Positions 29,655 to 39,977 of a stretch of 64,000 nt of DNA are shown here, one piece after another. The position numbers and the translations under genes are program-made. The notes below the pieces were generated by a model, which made no database searches, was not told where the DNA came from, and worked only from the letters and a program-made list of their open reading frames with translations. Every line of letters starts with the position of its first letter. Positions within the stretch are counted from its first letter, which is position 1. The stretch comes from Bacteroidales bacterium. GTDB taxonomy: Bacteria > Bacteroidota > Bacteroidia > Bacteroidales > GCA-2748055. Location of the stretch: assembly GCA_038316435.1 (NCBI GenBank), contig JBBQAQ010000012.1, positions 17,718-81,717 of the forward strand. Direction: 5' to 3'.

Positions 29655-30377
29655 TTATTGTCCTATAAGCTCCCGGATTACAACCGAAGCCATAACACAA
29701 CCAAACAATGGAGGCATGTATGAAATAGTTCCAACTGTTGATCTCTTATTCTCCTCGTTTTCAATGAGTTTTACAGAATCTTTAGACACGGTTTCCGGTG
29801 AAAACACCACTTTGAATCCCTCATGAATCCCTAACCTGTGTAGACTTTTTCGCAGACTGTGTGCCAAACGGCAATTATAGGATTTGGAAATGTCTGTAAC
29901 AGTTACCTGCAAAGGATCAAGCTTTCCGCCCGCTCCCATCGAACTTACAATAGGGTATCCTCTCTTTAAGGTATTCAAAATAAGAAATACTTTTGGAGAA
30001 AGGGTGTCAATTGCATCAACAACATAGTCATACCGGGTTTCGAGAACATCATCCATCTTATCCTCCCTGAGAAATTCAGTAATAACGCTTAATTCAAGTG
30101 CAGGATTAATTTCTCTTAACCTCTGAGCCATAACCTCAGCCTTTTCCTCTCCCAGAGTACTTCCCATAGCAATAAGTTGTCGGTTAATGTTTGAGGGTTG
30201 CACCTTATCACCATCCGCAATTGTCATGCGTCCAACACCTGCTCTGCAAAGCAATTCAGCAGTATATGCGCCTACACCACCCAATCCCAAAACAAAAACG
30301 TGGGAGTTCCTAAGTTTCAAAATAGCTTCTTTCCCGAGGAGTAGCTCGGTTCGACTTTGCCAGTCAGGTATCGTCAT
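29655..30377 (-). CDS. tcdA: tRNA threonylcarbamoyladenosine dehydratase (ThiF family)
   Basis: GLGGVG, SNINRQ, YDYVVDAID, SSMGAGGKLDP, GTISYMPPLFG. Confidence 0.88.
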   Translation of the reverse strand: MTIPDWQSRTELLLGKEAILKLRNSHVFVLGLGGVGAYTAELLCRAGVGRMTIADGDKVQPSNINRQLIAMGSTLGEEKAEVMAQRLREINPALELSVITEFLREDKMDDVLETRYDYVVDAIDTLSPKVFLILNTLKRGYPIVSSMGAGGKLDPLQVTVTDISKSYNCRLAHSLRKSLHRLGIHEGFKVVFSPETVSKDSVKLIENEENKRSTVGTISYMPPLFGCVMASVVIRELIGQ

Positions 30378-30569
30378 AAATATTTATTAAATGGGGTCAA
30401 AAATAAGCATTCTGAACCAGATTTCTGACCAGACGCGAATTGTTACTCTGAAAAGTTTGAATCTAAACCTGTTGCAACAAATTCGAAAATTTCGCAATTC
30501 CATGTATGACCTATTTCTTTGAACATAATTTTACTATTTTTGGTCTTTGCTGTAAAAAACTCCAATATA

Positions 30570-30848
30570 ATGTGGATAATACTGATTTTACTACTGTTAT
30601 CAACACTTGCCGGTTATGCTTTAAACCGAATAAAGGGTTTTAATAAAGTAACGGACAAAGTAAGTATGTATATCATTTACCTTCTTCTTTTTTTCATGGG
30701 ATTAAGTGTAGGCACAAAGCCGGAAATCATGAAAAACCTTGCCAACATTGGCTTTGATGCATTAATAATCGCTTTATTCGCAATAGCCGGAAGCGTATTT
30801 ATGGCATATCTGTTATACCGCTTTATCCAAAGCAAAAATGAAAAATAG
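30570..30848 (+). CDS. LysO/DUF340-family transporter, small subunit
   Basis: 3 TM segments, LLLFFMGLSVG; overlaps the next gene; ATG 30570 preferred. Confidence 0.75.
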   Translation: MWIILILLLLSTLAGYALNRIKGFNKVTDKVSMYIIYLLLFFMGLSVGTKPEIMKNLANIGFDALIIALFAIAGSVFMAYLLYRFIQSKNEK

Positions 30849-31443
30849 CCTGATTATTGTAGGCTTTTTCCTCGTTGGAATCTTAGCCGGAAAACTCGGA
30901 ATATCTCCTTCAGATCTGTCTTACGACAAGCTCACAATGTACATTTTGTATTTTCTGATGATTTTTATCGGTCTTTCATTTGGTAGTGATCCACGTTTGC
31001 CAGAAATACTAAAATCCCTAAGTTTTAAAATTCTTTTATTGCCGGTATCGACTATCATAGGCACTTTCATAGGAATTTTTCTATACAACTGGCTGATACC
31101 GGGCATAGGTATCAAAGATTCATTGGCCATCGGGTCAGGTTTCGGGTATTATAGTTTGTCTGGAGTTCTTATCACTCATTTTTCAGGGGAAGCGATGGGA
31201 ACGCTGGCACTCCTAGTCAATATAATTCGTGAAATTTTCTCTTTGCTTTTTGCACCTCTCCTCAGCAGGTATTTTGGTAAGCTTGCACCGATAGCATCAG
31301 CAGGTGCAACTTCGATGGACACAAGCTTGCCAATAATCCTGAAATCTTCCGGAAACAAATACATGATTACATCCCTACTTCATGGAGTGATACTAACCAT
31401 TTTGGTGCCATTCATAATTGCAATCATCTATAAGATTTTCTAG
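30838..31443 (+). CDS. lysO: LysO-family lysine exporter
   Basis: GSGFGYYSLSG, NIIRE, AGATSMDTSLP. Confidence 0.85.
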   Translation: MKNSLIIVGFFLVGILAGKLGISPSDLSYDKLTMYILYFLMIFIGLSFGSDPRLPEILKSLSFKILLLPVSTIIGTFIGIFLYNWLIPGIGIKDSLAIGSGFGYYSLSGVLITHFSGEAMGTLALLVNIIREIFSLLFAPLLSRYFGKLAPIASAGATSMDTSLPIILKSSGNKYMITSLLHGVILTILVPFIIAIIYKIF

Positions 31444-31563
31444 ATTCAATAGAATTTGAATAGCAAACGTTTAGAAATCAAGTGAAATTGAGATAATTAT
31501 AATTTGTAGCTTTGTAATGTTTGGGGTATTTGAAATTGTGCCTGATCTTATATTAAATTGAAT

Positions 31564-32829
31564 ATGTCTGATAAAATTATTACTCGTATTGATTCTGAAA
31601 TCGGTGAACTTGAAGCTGTAATTCTTCATAAACCGGGTTTGGAAGTTGAAAACATGACACCCCGAAATGCCCAGCGGGCGCTTTACAGCGATATACTTAA
31701 TTTATCCGTGGCTCAAAAGGAATATTCGCAATTGAGCTGTTTGCTTGCAGGATTTACAAAAACATTTTTCGTCGAAGATCTGCTAGCAGAAGTGCTTTCC
31801 ATATCTGACTGCAAAGAAAAACTAATAAACAAAATCTGTTTTAACGAGAACCAGAAAGTTCTTATTAATCAGCTTTTATCAACTGATAGTCAGCAACTTG
31901 CGAACCAATTGATTCAGGGTGTACCTATTCAAAGAAATACCGTTACTAACTTTCTCAACGAAGACAATTACAGTTTACCTCCCCTGCATAATTTCTTCTT
32001 TACCCGCGACGGATCCATTTCAATTCACAATAATGTTTTGATTGCATCAATGGCAAACAGAGTCAGGGAAAGGGAATCATTTATTATGCAATCAATTTTC
32101 GAATATCATCCTAAATTTTCCGCAAAAATTATTGACCCTATTCTTGAAAGATCACAAAACTCGTCATTCCGCATTGAAGGTGGAGATATACTTATCGCCA
32201 GAAACGACATTCTTATCATTGGAATAGGATCAAGAACTTCCACTCAGGGAGTGGATTTTATCCTAGAGGAGTTAAAAAAGAATCCCGAAAAGCAGCACGT
32301 AATTGTCCAGGAATTACCATTCGAACCTGAATCATTCATTCATTTGGATATGGTATTCACCCTGCTTGATAAAAACTGCTGCATGGTATACGAACCATTG
32401 ATTCTCGCCCCAAACCGTTTTAAAACAGTTCATATCCAAATAGATAACAGTAAAGTTACTTCAATATCTGAATGCGAAAATATTCCGGCAATTTTGAAAA
32501 AGTTGGGAATGGATCTTGAAATTACTTATTGCGGAGGAAAAACTGATCACATGATTCAGGAACGTGAACAATGGCACAGTGGAGCTAACTTTTTTGCCTT
32601 TGCACCCGGAAAGGTAATTGGGTACAACCGAAATATTTACACCCTTGAAAATATGAATAAAGCTGGATTTGAGATTCTTAAAGCAAAAGATGTGAATGCT
32701 GGCAAGACAGACCCTGCTAAATTCACGCGATGTGTTGTAACCATGGATGGATCGGAGCTTGCGCGTGGAGGTGGCGGTGCGAGATGTATGACAATGCCTG
32801 TTCGAAGGAAGGATGTTGTGTGGAAATGA
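31564..32829 (+). CDS. arcA: Arginine deiminase
   Basis: SEIGELEAVILHKPG, FFTRD, IEGGD, HLDMVF, EQWHSGANF, SELARGGGGARCMTMP. Confidence 0.92.
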   Translation: MSDKIITRIDSEIGELEAVILHKPGLEVENMTPRNAQRALYSDILNLSVAQKEYSQLSCLLAGFTKTFFVEDLLAEVLSISDCKEKLINKICFNENQKVLINQLLSTDSQQLANQLIQGVPIQRNTVTNFLNEDNYSLPPLHNFFFTRDGSISIHNNVLIASMANRVRERESFIMQSIFEYHPKFSAKIIDPILERSQNSSFRIEGGDILIARNDILIIGIGSRTSTQGVDFILEELKKNPEKQHVIVQELPFEPESFIHLDMVFTLLDKNCCMVYEPLILAPNRFKTVHIQIDNSKVTSISECENIPAILKKLGMDLEITYCGGKTDHMIQEREQWHSGANFFAFAPGKVIGYNRNIYTLENMNKAGFEILKAKDVNAGKTDPAKFTRCVVTMDGSELARGGGGARCMTMPVRRKDVVWK

Positions 32830-32871
32830 CCTAGAGAGATAGGGTTATCAGGAGATGTAGGATTCTAAAAT

Positions 32872-32906
32872 AAAAAAGGGATTGGCACAAATACCAACCC
32901 CTTTTT
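32872..32906. terminator. Bidirectional terminator between arcA and sucC
   Basis: A6-GGGATTGG...CCAACCCC-T5 hairpin between convergent genes. Confidence 0.75.
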
Positions 32907-32920
32907 AAACTCAATTCATA

Positions 32921-34108
32921 TTATACCAATTCTTTAACCAGATCTGCAGCTTCCTGCAGGGAAATGGCTGAGTAGACTTTTAAGCCCGAGTCGTCGATAA
33001 GTTTTTTACCTTCTACTGCATTTGTACCTTGTAACCTAACAATCACCGGGATTTTTATATCTCCGATGGATTTGTAGGCATCCACAACTCCTTGCGCTAC
33101 GCGGTCGCAACGAACAATCCCTCCAAAAATATTAATGAGGATAGCTTTTACAGCGGGTTCCTTCAAAATAATCCTGAATCCGGCTTCAACCCTTTCAGCA
33201 TTAGCTGTGCCGCCAACATCAAGGAAATTGGCAGGTTCTCCACCTGAAAGCTTTATGATATCCATAGTTGCCATAGCTAGTCCCGCTCCATTAACCATGC
33301 AGCCTACATTTCCATCCAACTTTATAAAATTAAGATCATACTTTCCGGCTTCCACTTCTGTAGGATCTTCTTCATTGAGATCACGCATCTCAACATAATC
33401 CGGATGACGGTACAAAGCATTATCCTCAAGGTTAACTTTGCTATCAGCAGCGAGTATAAGGTCATCTGAAGTTTTAAAGACCGGGTTAATTTCAAATAAC
33501 GAGGCATCAGAACCAATATATGCATTGTAAAGTGCATGCACAAATTTTGTCATTTCTTTGAAGGCTTTACCACTTAATCCAAGGTTAAACGCTATCCTTC
33601 TGGATTGGAATGGCATCAGACCTGTTTTAGGATCAACTTCCTCTTTAAAAATGAGATGCGGAGTATTTGTAGCAACAGTTTCAATATCCATTCCCCCTTC
33701 GGTCGAGTACATTATGATATTTCTGCCAGTGCTTCGGTTTAACAAAACACTCATATAGAATTCACGAATCTCGCTTTCTCCTGGGTAGAAAATGCCCTGT
33801 TCAATTAGCACTTTATGTACTGTTTTTCCTTCTGGTCCCGTTTGGTGGGTTATTAGCGTCATTCCGATTATATCTTTTGCAAATTGCTTTACATCATCAA
33901 GTGATTTTGCAATTTTCACTCCTCCCCCTTTACCTCTGCCACCGGCGTGAATCTGCGCTTTTACAGCCCATGTAGATGTTCCTGTGAGTGTTTGAATTTT
34001 CTTGGCAAGTTCAACAGCTGTTTCTGGTGATTCAGCAACAAAACCAACAGGTATGGAAACTCCATAGCTTTTAAGAATAGATTTTCCCTGATACTCGTGA
34101 ATATTCAT
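32921..34108 (-). CDS. sucC: Succinyl-CoA synthetase beta subunit
   Basis: [49 protein letters not shown]. Confidence 0.97.
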   Translation of the reverse strand: MNIHEYQGKSILKSYGVSIPVGFVAESPETAVELAKKIQTLTGTSTWAVKAQIHAGGRGKGGGVKIAKSLDDVKQFAKDIIGMTLITHQTGPEGKTVHKVLIEQGIFYPGESEIREFYMSVLLNRSTGRNIIMYSTEGGMDIETVATNTPHLIFKEEVDPKTGLMPFQSRRIAFNLGLSGKAFKEMTKFVHALYNAYIGSDASLFEINPVFKTSDDLILAADSKVNLEDNALYRHPDYVEMRDLNEEDPTEVEAGKYDLNFIKLDGNVGCMVNGAGLAMATMDIIKLSGGEPANFLDVGGTANAERVEAGFRIILKEPAVKAILINIFGGIVRCDRVAQGVVDAYKSIGDIKIPVIVRLQGTNAVEGKKLIDDSGLKVYSAISLQEAADLVKELV

Positions 34109-34397
34109 GTTCTGAGTTCTTTTATTTAGTATAATCAGCTCACGAAAATATCCATTTTTTTTCACTTTAACAGGGATAAAACTATAATTTCGATTGAATT
34201 AAATACTCAATTCAAAATACACAATTAAATACTCACCAAAAATTCAGCTGACAACGCCAATTCAGAAATGATTGCCTATTTTGGGTAAATCTGTTTTTAG
34301 TAATCCATTCAGGTCAAAGAATCAATTGATAAAATATAAATGATTTGCAAAAAGTATTTTTATTATAAATTCCGCATATAACTTTGCATCACAAAAG

Positions 34398-34943
34398 ATG
34401 AATGAAAGAATGAGAAAACTCGCAATTGAAGAGCTTAACAGAATAAGTATTGAAGAATTTAGAGCTGTTGGGAAAATCCCGGTATCGGTTGTATTGGATA
34501 ATGTCCGTAGTCTGAATAATATTGGTTCAATTTTTCGCACATGTGATGCTTTCAGGGTTGAAAAGATTTATTTATGCGGAATTACGGCATGTCCGCCAAA
34601 CAAGGATATTCATAAAACTGCACTAGGCGCAACTGAATCTGTTGAGTGGGAATATTCCGATGAGACATTAAAAGTTATCAGGAAATTAAAGTCTGAATTC
34701 TATGAAGTTTTATCTGCAGAACAGGCTGAAGGTAGCACCAGTTTACAAGAAATACACTTAGACAAAAGTAAAAAGTATGCTATTGTATTTGGACACGAAG
34801 TTCATGGTGTTGAACAGGAAGTAATTGATCTGAGTGATGCTTGCATTGAGATTCCTCAGGCAGGAACTAAACATTCGCTAAATGTTTCTGTAAGTGCGGG
34901 AATTGTACTTTGGGAGGCATTCCGACAACTGGTTCTAAGGTAA
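34398..34943 (+). CDS. SpoU/TrmH-family RNA 2'-O-methyltransferase
   Basis: VLDNVRSLNNIGSIFRTCDAF, VFGHEVHGV, IPQAGTKHSLNVSV. Confidence 0.92.
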   Translation: MNERMRKLAIEELNRISIEEFRAVGKIPVSVVLDNVRSLNNIGSIFRTCDAFRVEKIYLCGITACPPNKDIHKTALGATESVEWEYSDETLKVIRKLKSEFYEVLSAEQAEGSTSLQEIHLDKSKKYAIVFGHEVHGVEQEVIDLSDACIEIPQAGTKHSLNVSVSAGIVLWEAFRQLVLR

Positions 34944-34971
34944 ATAAAAGTTCTTCGCAGTTTATTAAAAC

Positions 34972-35003
34972 AAAAAAGGCCATCTTTTCAGATGGCCTTT
35001 TTT
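34972..35003. terminator. Bidirectional intrinsic terminator
   Basis: Perfect AAAAAAGGCCATCT-tttc-AGATGGCCTTTTTT between convergent genes. Confidence 0.88.
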
Positions 35004-35019
35004 AAACAATAAGTTTTAC

Positions 35020-36735
35020 TTAGTTGAGAAGCCCTTTAAAAACTTCGTTCTGGAAATATTTTGCAAATTCGATATCAACTTTAGCACGATTTTTCAGTGA
35101 GCTGTCTTTTGCGAAAGCAATACGAAGGCTTTCGAAAACGAGTTCGTCTTTGCTCTGTTTAGCAGCAACAACTGCTCTGAGGTAATCTTTCTTTGCGAAT
35201 TCTTTTTCAATACGGCCAATGGTAGCAAGTGATCCGTCGAAATCTTTCTGCAGGAATTTTACCAAAGCGGTGTTGAATTCGTCTGTATTACCAAAGTAAT
35301 TAGCAGCAGCAGCATAATCGCCCTGAATTACTTTAATAATTCCGAGGTTATAATTTACAACTGCACCAGCACCCATAGAAGCAGTGAAAAGCTCCTGAGC
35401 TTTAGCAACATCACCGGTCATAAGAGCTACGCAACCAAGGTTGTTATTAACAGCATCATTGTTCTGTAATTCTTTAGCTTTAAGAAGAGCAGTCTGCGCA
35501 TCAGCAGTGTTTCCTAAAAGTACATTTACATAACCAGCATTGTTAATTGCCCTGAAACAAGTTGGGAAGTTAGCAGCGGCTTTGTTATAAATTGCTAATT
35601 TAGTTTGCAAATCAGTGTATAGTGTAGCTGTATAAAGAATTTCTTCCATATCTAAACTATCAGGACTGCTAAGCCAAAGAGCTTTCATTTCTTCATCTGA
35701 ATAACCTACCATATCAACATTTGCAGTAAGTTTTGATCTTCTAAGCTGTGGAAGTACATCCTCAGCAATTGCTTTATATGCAGCAGCGATGTTTTTGATT
35801 TCTTTTTCACGAACAACGGGATCAGAATACATAGAAAGAACTCTTAAGATAAGTTCTTTATCCTGAATGCTGCTTGATTCCATAAGTTTTTTGAAACCAT
35901 CCCAGTCTTCAGCTGTGTATTTTTTTGTTATGAACCCTTCAGTTGCAACTTGTTCAACTTTAGATTTTTTTAATTCTTTTGTGAGATATTCTGAAGCAGA
36001 ACCTTCACGTTTCTGAGCCAGTTTATCGTTCAGTTCAACTGCGCCATCAGGTGATGCATATGAGGAAACTTCAAGGTTTTTGAGGTCAATCTTAGCATTT
36101 GCATTAGCAGTATTGATAAACTCCATAAGTTTTTTCCATTCTTCTTTTTTCAATTCAGAAGCTCTGATATCAGCTCTGTTGATAACATAAAGAATATCAG
36201 ACATCATTGATTCCGGAATGATTCTCTGGAATTTGTCACCAACCATTACAGGTTTAGGATCAATTACAACCAGTTTAGCAGTAGCAAGAACACCATCAGC
36301 AAGTTTATATTCGCCAAAAGGAATTTTTTTGCCTTTAAGTTCTGCTTCAACTCTTACAATAAAATCTGATTTCATCATGTCTTCTGTAAAAGCTATCGAT
36401 CCTGTTAAGGTAGCAGTACCGCCAGTTGCAAAAGCAATTTTCTGATTGTTTGCTTCAACACCTTCTCCCTGGAAAACTTTAGCAGGGTAAGCAGTTTCTC
36501 CTTTTTCGTATTTCAAAACAGGGGTAACGGTAAGGATAGCTTTTTTGTTGAAAAATTTTGCGGGATATTTCACGTCAATTTTCATAGCTACCTGATCTCC
36601 TACTTCTTCAAGTACTTCAGGAGTAACTTTATAGTAATCTTTTACGGACATTTCTTTCATTTTGTTTATGCCGCCGCAACTGGTCATTGCGATTGCAGCA
36701 AACGCAAAAAGTGCCAGGTAAGTCAATTTTTTCAT
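35020..36735 (-). CDS. Conserved Bacteroidales lipoprotein with OmpA-like segment and C-terminal TPRs
   Basis: Lipobox MTSC; SYASPDG...LAQKR, EDWDGF, LPQLRRS; NNAG/NNLG/YNLG TPR-like repeats. Confidence 0.8.
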   Translation of the reverse strand: MKKLTYLALFAFAAIAMTSCGGINKMKEMSVKDYYKVTPEVLEEVGDQVAMKIDVKYPAKFFNKKAILTVTPVLKYEKGETAYPAKVFQGEGVEANNQKIAFATGGTATLTGSIAFTEDMMKSDFIVRVEAELKGKKIPFGEYKLADGVLATAKLVVIDPKPVMVGDKFQRIIPESMMSDILYVINRADIRASELKKEEWKKLMEFINTANANAKIDLKNLEVSSYASPDGAVELNDKLAQKREGSASEYLTKELKKSKVEQVATEGFITKKYTAEDWDGFKKLMESSSIQDKELILRVLSMYSDPVVREKEIKNIAAAYKAIAEDVLPQLRRSKLTANVDMVGYSDEEMKALWLSSPDSLDMEEILYTATLYTDLQTKLAIYNKAAANFPTCFRAINNAGYVNVLLGNTADAQTALLKAKELQNNDAVNNNLGCVALMTGDVAKAQELFTASMGAGAVVNYNLGIIKVIQGDYAAAANYFGNTDEFNTALVKFLQKDFDGSLATIGRIEKEFAKKDYLRAVVAAKQSKDELVFESLRIAFAKDSSLKNRAKVDIEFAKYFQNEVFKGLLN

Positions 36736-36850
36736 AATGATCTGGATATTAGTTTAAAGGTGAAAATAATCTTTTTCTTAGAACCACACGCAAATATACA
36801 AAAGTTTTTTCATTAAAAAAAAGTATTATCCCTCATTTATGGCGTAAATA

Positions 36851-37486
36851 CTATAAAATTACACGACTTATTCCTATGGGATAATGCTTGTTAAAGATGC
36901 AATTCTTAACTCTTGTGTAATCTTGTTCACTATTAATGTAATTAATGTTTGTACCGTCAATTAGAAGTATTTTAAAATTTTCTTTTGATTTTATGTAATC
37001 AAAATACCCGTTTTGAATTTGTAACAGATAGGATTCATCAATATTTTGCTCGTAGTCTCTTCCTCTTTTCTTAATATTTTCCAGTAGTTTTTCTATTGGC
37101 ACATGAAGGTAAACATAGAGATCCGGAATCGGCAAGTGTTGATGTATTATATCATAAAGCTGCCTGTATAAATTATATTCGTCATCTTTTAACGTATTCC
37201 GGGCAAAAATAAGTGATTTGGAAAAATAATAATCTGCTATCAGAAGGCTGGAAAATATCTGTCTGTTACTCAATTCCTCTTTAAGCTGATGGTACCGGTC
37301 AGCTAAAAAAGATAATTCCACAGGAAAAGAAAACCGTTCCGGATCCTCATAGAACTTTGGAAGGAAGGGGTTCTCATCAAATCTCTCCAAAATTATTCCT
37401 GCATTTACATCAGCAGCAATCTTTTTTACAAGACTTGTTTTCCCTGCACCAATATTCCCTTCTATGACTATATAATTATATTCCAT
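36851..37486 (-). CDS. Deoxynucleoside kinase
   Basis: P-loop IEGNIGAGKTS, NPFLPKFY, PDLYVYL, IKKRGRDYE. Confidence 0.92.
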   Translation of the reverse strand: MEYNYIVIEGNIGAGKTSLVKKIAADVNAGIILERFDENPFLPKFYEDPERFSFPVELSFLADRYHQLKEELSNRQIFSSLLIADYYFSKSLIFARNTLKDDEYNLYRQLYDIIHQHLPIPDLYVYLHVPIEKLLENIKKRGRDYEQNIDESYLLQIQNGYFDYIKSKENFKILLIDGTNINYINSEQDYTRVKNCIFNKHYPIGISRVIL

Positions 37487-37607
37487 TTTTGATCAGGAAA
37501 CCACTTGAAAATATTGAAAATTGGAAATATTGATTTCCTTAACGGATAAAGAATTTTTTATGTCAAAAATATTCCCGTATAATCAATAAATCATCATTGC
37601 ATGAAAT

Positions 37608-39722
37608 TTATTTCCCGTAATTAGGTTCAAATTTCATATTATAAAATGCAAAGGCCCACATATCAGCAACTTCAGCAATGCTTTTGGAGATAGGCTTTCC
37701 AGCTCCATGACCAGCATTGGTTTCAATTCTGATTAGTACGGGATTCCTTCCTTTATAAGTGTTTTGAAGACTTGCAATGTACTTGAATGAATGAGCGGGA
37801 ACTACGCGGTCGTCGTGGTCACCTGTAGTTACCAGAACCGCAGGATATTTTATTCCTTCCTTGATGTTCTGAACAGGAGAATAACCAAGTAAATAGTTGA
37901 ATTGAACAGAATCTTCGCTGGTTCCATAGTCGGTAGCCCAATATCTTCCAATTGTGAATTTATGGTATCTCAGCATATCCATAACCCCAACCGCAGGAAT
38001 CGCAACAGCAAATAATTCAGGTCGTTGGTTTGTTACAGCACCAACAAGTAATCCGCCGTTTGAACCACCAAAAATAGTAAGCTTTTCAGGTGAAGTATAT
38101 TTCTGTTTTATCAGGTATTCGGCCGCAGCAATAAAATCATCAAACACATTCTGCTTCTTTAAAATGGTTCCTGCCTGATGCCATTCTTCACCATATTCTC
38201 CGCCACCTCTTAGGTTGGCAACAGCATATATACCGCCATTCTCAAGCCAGATTATGTTTCTGACGGAGAATGATGGTGATAGCGTGATATTGAATCCCCC
38301 GTAACCATAAAGTAGAGTCGGATTTGTACCGTCAGTAAGAATGCCCTTTTTGTGAACAAGAAACATGGGAATTTTAGTTCCATCTTTACTGGTATAAAAT
38401 ACTTGTTCAGTCAAATATTCATCGGGAGCAAAGTCCACATTGGGCTTGAAGACCAATTCCGAAACATTGGATTCGGTATTGAAGCTGAAAATACTTGCCG
38501 GATAATTAAAAGAAGTAAACTGGTAAAAGGCTTCGTTGTTCTTAGATTCTGAATTAAAGAATGTCACAGTTCCGATTCCCGGTAATTCAATATCATTGAG
38601 GTATTTGCCATCTGCCGAATATACTGAAAGCAGATTCCTAGCATCTTTAAGGTATTTGGCAACTATTTTATCCCCAGCAAAACTGCAGTTTTCAAGCACT
38701 TGATCCTGATTTTCCGGGATAACATCAAGCCATGCTGAAGAAACCGGATTTTCAAAATCAACACTTATAAGTTTATATTTAGGAGCGTTATAATTGGTAT
38801 GAAGAAAAATTTTGGATTCAACATTTCCGTTATAAGAAAAGTCATTCTCAAAATTATCAACGAGTTTTACAAATTCTGAATTTTTCTTTGTAAGATCTTT
38901 TACATATAGCGCGTTTCCAGATGTTGATTCTATTACAGTTATCATCAGATATTTTTCATCATCACTAACTGTAGGATTAAAGCTCCAACCACTGTGTACT
39001 GAATCTTCAAAAATGAGAATGTCAGACGTTTGGGAAGTTCCAACTTTATGATAATACACCTTATTATACAGGTTTTCTCCTTTCAAATCATCCCCTTCTT
39101 TGGGTTCATTAAATCTGCTGTAAAAGAAACCATCTTTAAACCATGCTATTCCACTGAATTTAATCCATTTAAGATGATCATCCAAATCTTTAAGCCCTTC
39201 GATTTCTTTTATAAAAAACTCGTTCCAGTCGGAGCCTGCAACCGCTTTGCCATAGCCAACATACTTTCCATCATTGGATGCGGAAAATGCAGATAAGGCG
39301 ACTGTTCCCTCGTCAGACCATGAATTTGGGTTTAAAAAGACTTGCCCCTCATCGCTTATGTTTTTCTTATACATTATAACGTCCTGATTCTGCAGTCCTG
39401 AGTTGTATCCATAGAAGTAATACTCTCCCTTTTTATTAAGATTCGACATACGAGAATAATTCCACAATTGTGTAAGTCGAGCCTGGATTTTCTCTCTAAA
39501 TGGAATTGCTGCCATAAACGAATCTGTTACAGCATTTTGCGTAATAACCCATTTCCCAGTTTGCTCCGATTTATCATCTTCCAGCCAGCGATAGGGATCT
39601 TCAACTTTGGTTCCGAAATAGGTATCAACTGTACCGTCTTTAAATGTCTCAGGGTACTTAATTTGCTGGTTAGAGCAGGCAGAAAAGAATATAGCCATAA
39701 CAGGAATGATTAGCTTTTTCAT
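37608..39722 (-). CDS. Prolyl oligopeptidase (S9A), lipoprotein
   Basis: Lipobox FSAC; DPYRWLE, GYGGF, GGSNGG, DHDDRV, AGHGAG. Confidence 0.95.
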   Translation of the reverse strand: MKKLIIPVMAIFFSACSNQQIKYPETFKDGTVDTYFGTKVEDPYRWLEDDKSEQTGKWVITQNAVTDSFMAAIPFREKIQARLTQLWNYSRMSNLNKKGEYYFYGYNSGLQNQDVIMYKKNISDEGQVFLNPNSWSDEGTVALSAFSASNDGKYVGYGKAVAGSDWNEFFIKEIEGLKDLDDHLKWIKFSGIAWFKDGFFYSRFNEPKEGDDLKGENLYNKVYYHKVGTSQTSDILIFEDSVHSGWSFNPTVSDDEKYLMITVIESTSGNALYVKDLTKKNSEFVKLVDNFENDFSYNGNVESKIFLHTNYNAPKYKLISVDFENPVSSAWLDVIPENQDQVLENCSFAGDKIVAKYLKDARNLLSVYSADGKYLNDIELPGIGTVTFFNSESKNNEAFYQFTSFNYPASIFSFNTESNVSELVFKPNVDFAPDEYLTEQVFYTSKDGTKIPMFLVHKKGILTDGTNPTLLYGYGGFNITLSPSFSVRNIIWLENGGIYAVANLRGGGEYGEEWHQAGTILKKQNVFDDFIAAAEYLIKQKYTSPEKLTIFGGSNGGLLVGAVTNQRPELFAVAIPAVGVMDMLRYHKFTIGRYWATDYGTSEDSVQFNYLLGYSPVQNIKEGIKYPAVLVTTGDHDDRVVPAHSFKYIASLQNTYKGRNPVLIRIETNAGHGAGKPISKSIAEVADMWAFAFYNMKFEPNYGK

Positions 39723-39926
39723 CTGTATATAATTTATTCAATGGGAAGATTAATGTTAGCTGGTGAGAAGCAAAGATAGAAGAATTTAAAAAAATCTATG
39801 CGGATATTGGAGGTTTTAATTATGTTTTGGGAATGGTTTAAAAAAGTGTGTTTACTAATAAATATGGTGTGAAAATTTTAGAATTATTGAAAACTGGTAA
39901 ATGCTTTCATTTTTTCACGGGATTCC

Positions 39927-39959
39927 AAAAAAAAACGCAGAGCGTAAAACCCTGCGTTT
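39927..39959 (-). terminator. pnp terminator
   Basis: AAACGCAG...CTGCGTTT stem with T9 on the minus strand. Confidence 0.75.
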
Positions 39960-39977
39960 CAAATATTTAGAGAAAGC

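Noticed and set aside
32921..34108. sucC without sucD
   Set aside because: Separation of sucC and sucD is common in Bacteroidota
37608..39722. Prolyl oligopeptidase as maturation enzyme for the GG peptides
   Set aside because: Ordinary S9A lipoprotein separated by pnp-rpsO; GG leaders are normally cut by C39 peptidases
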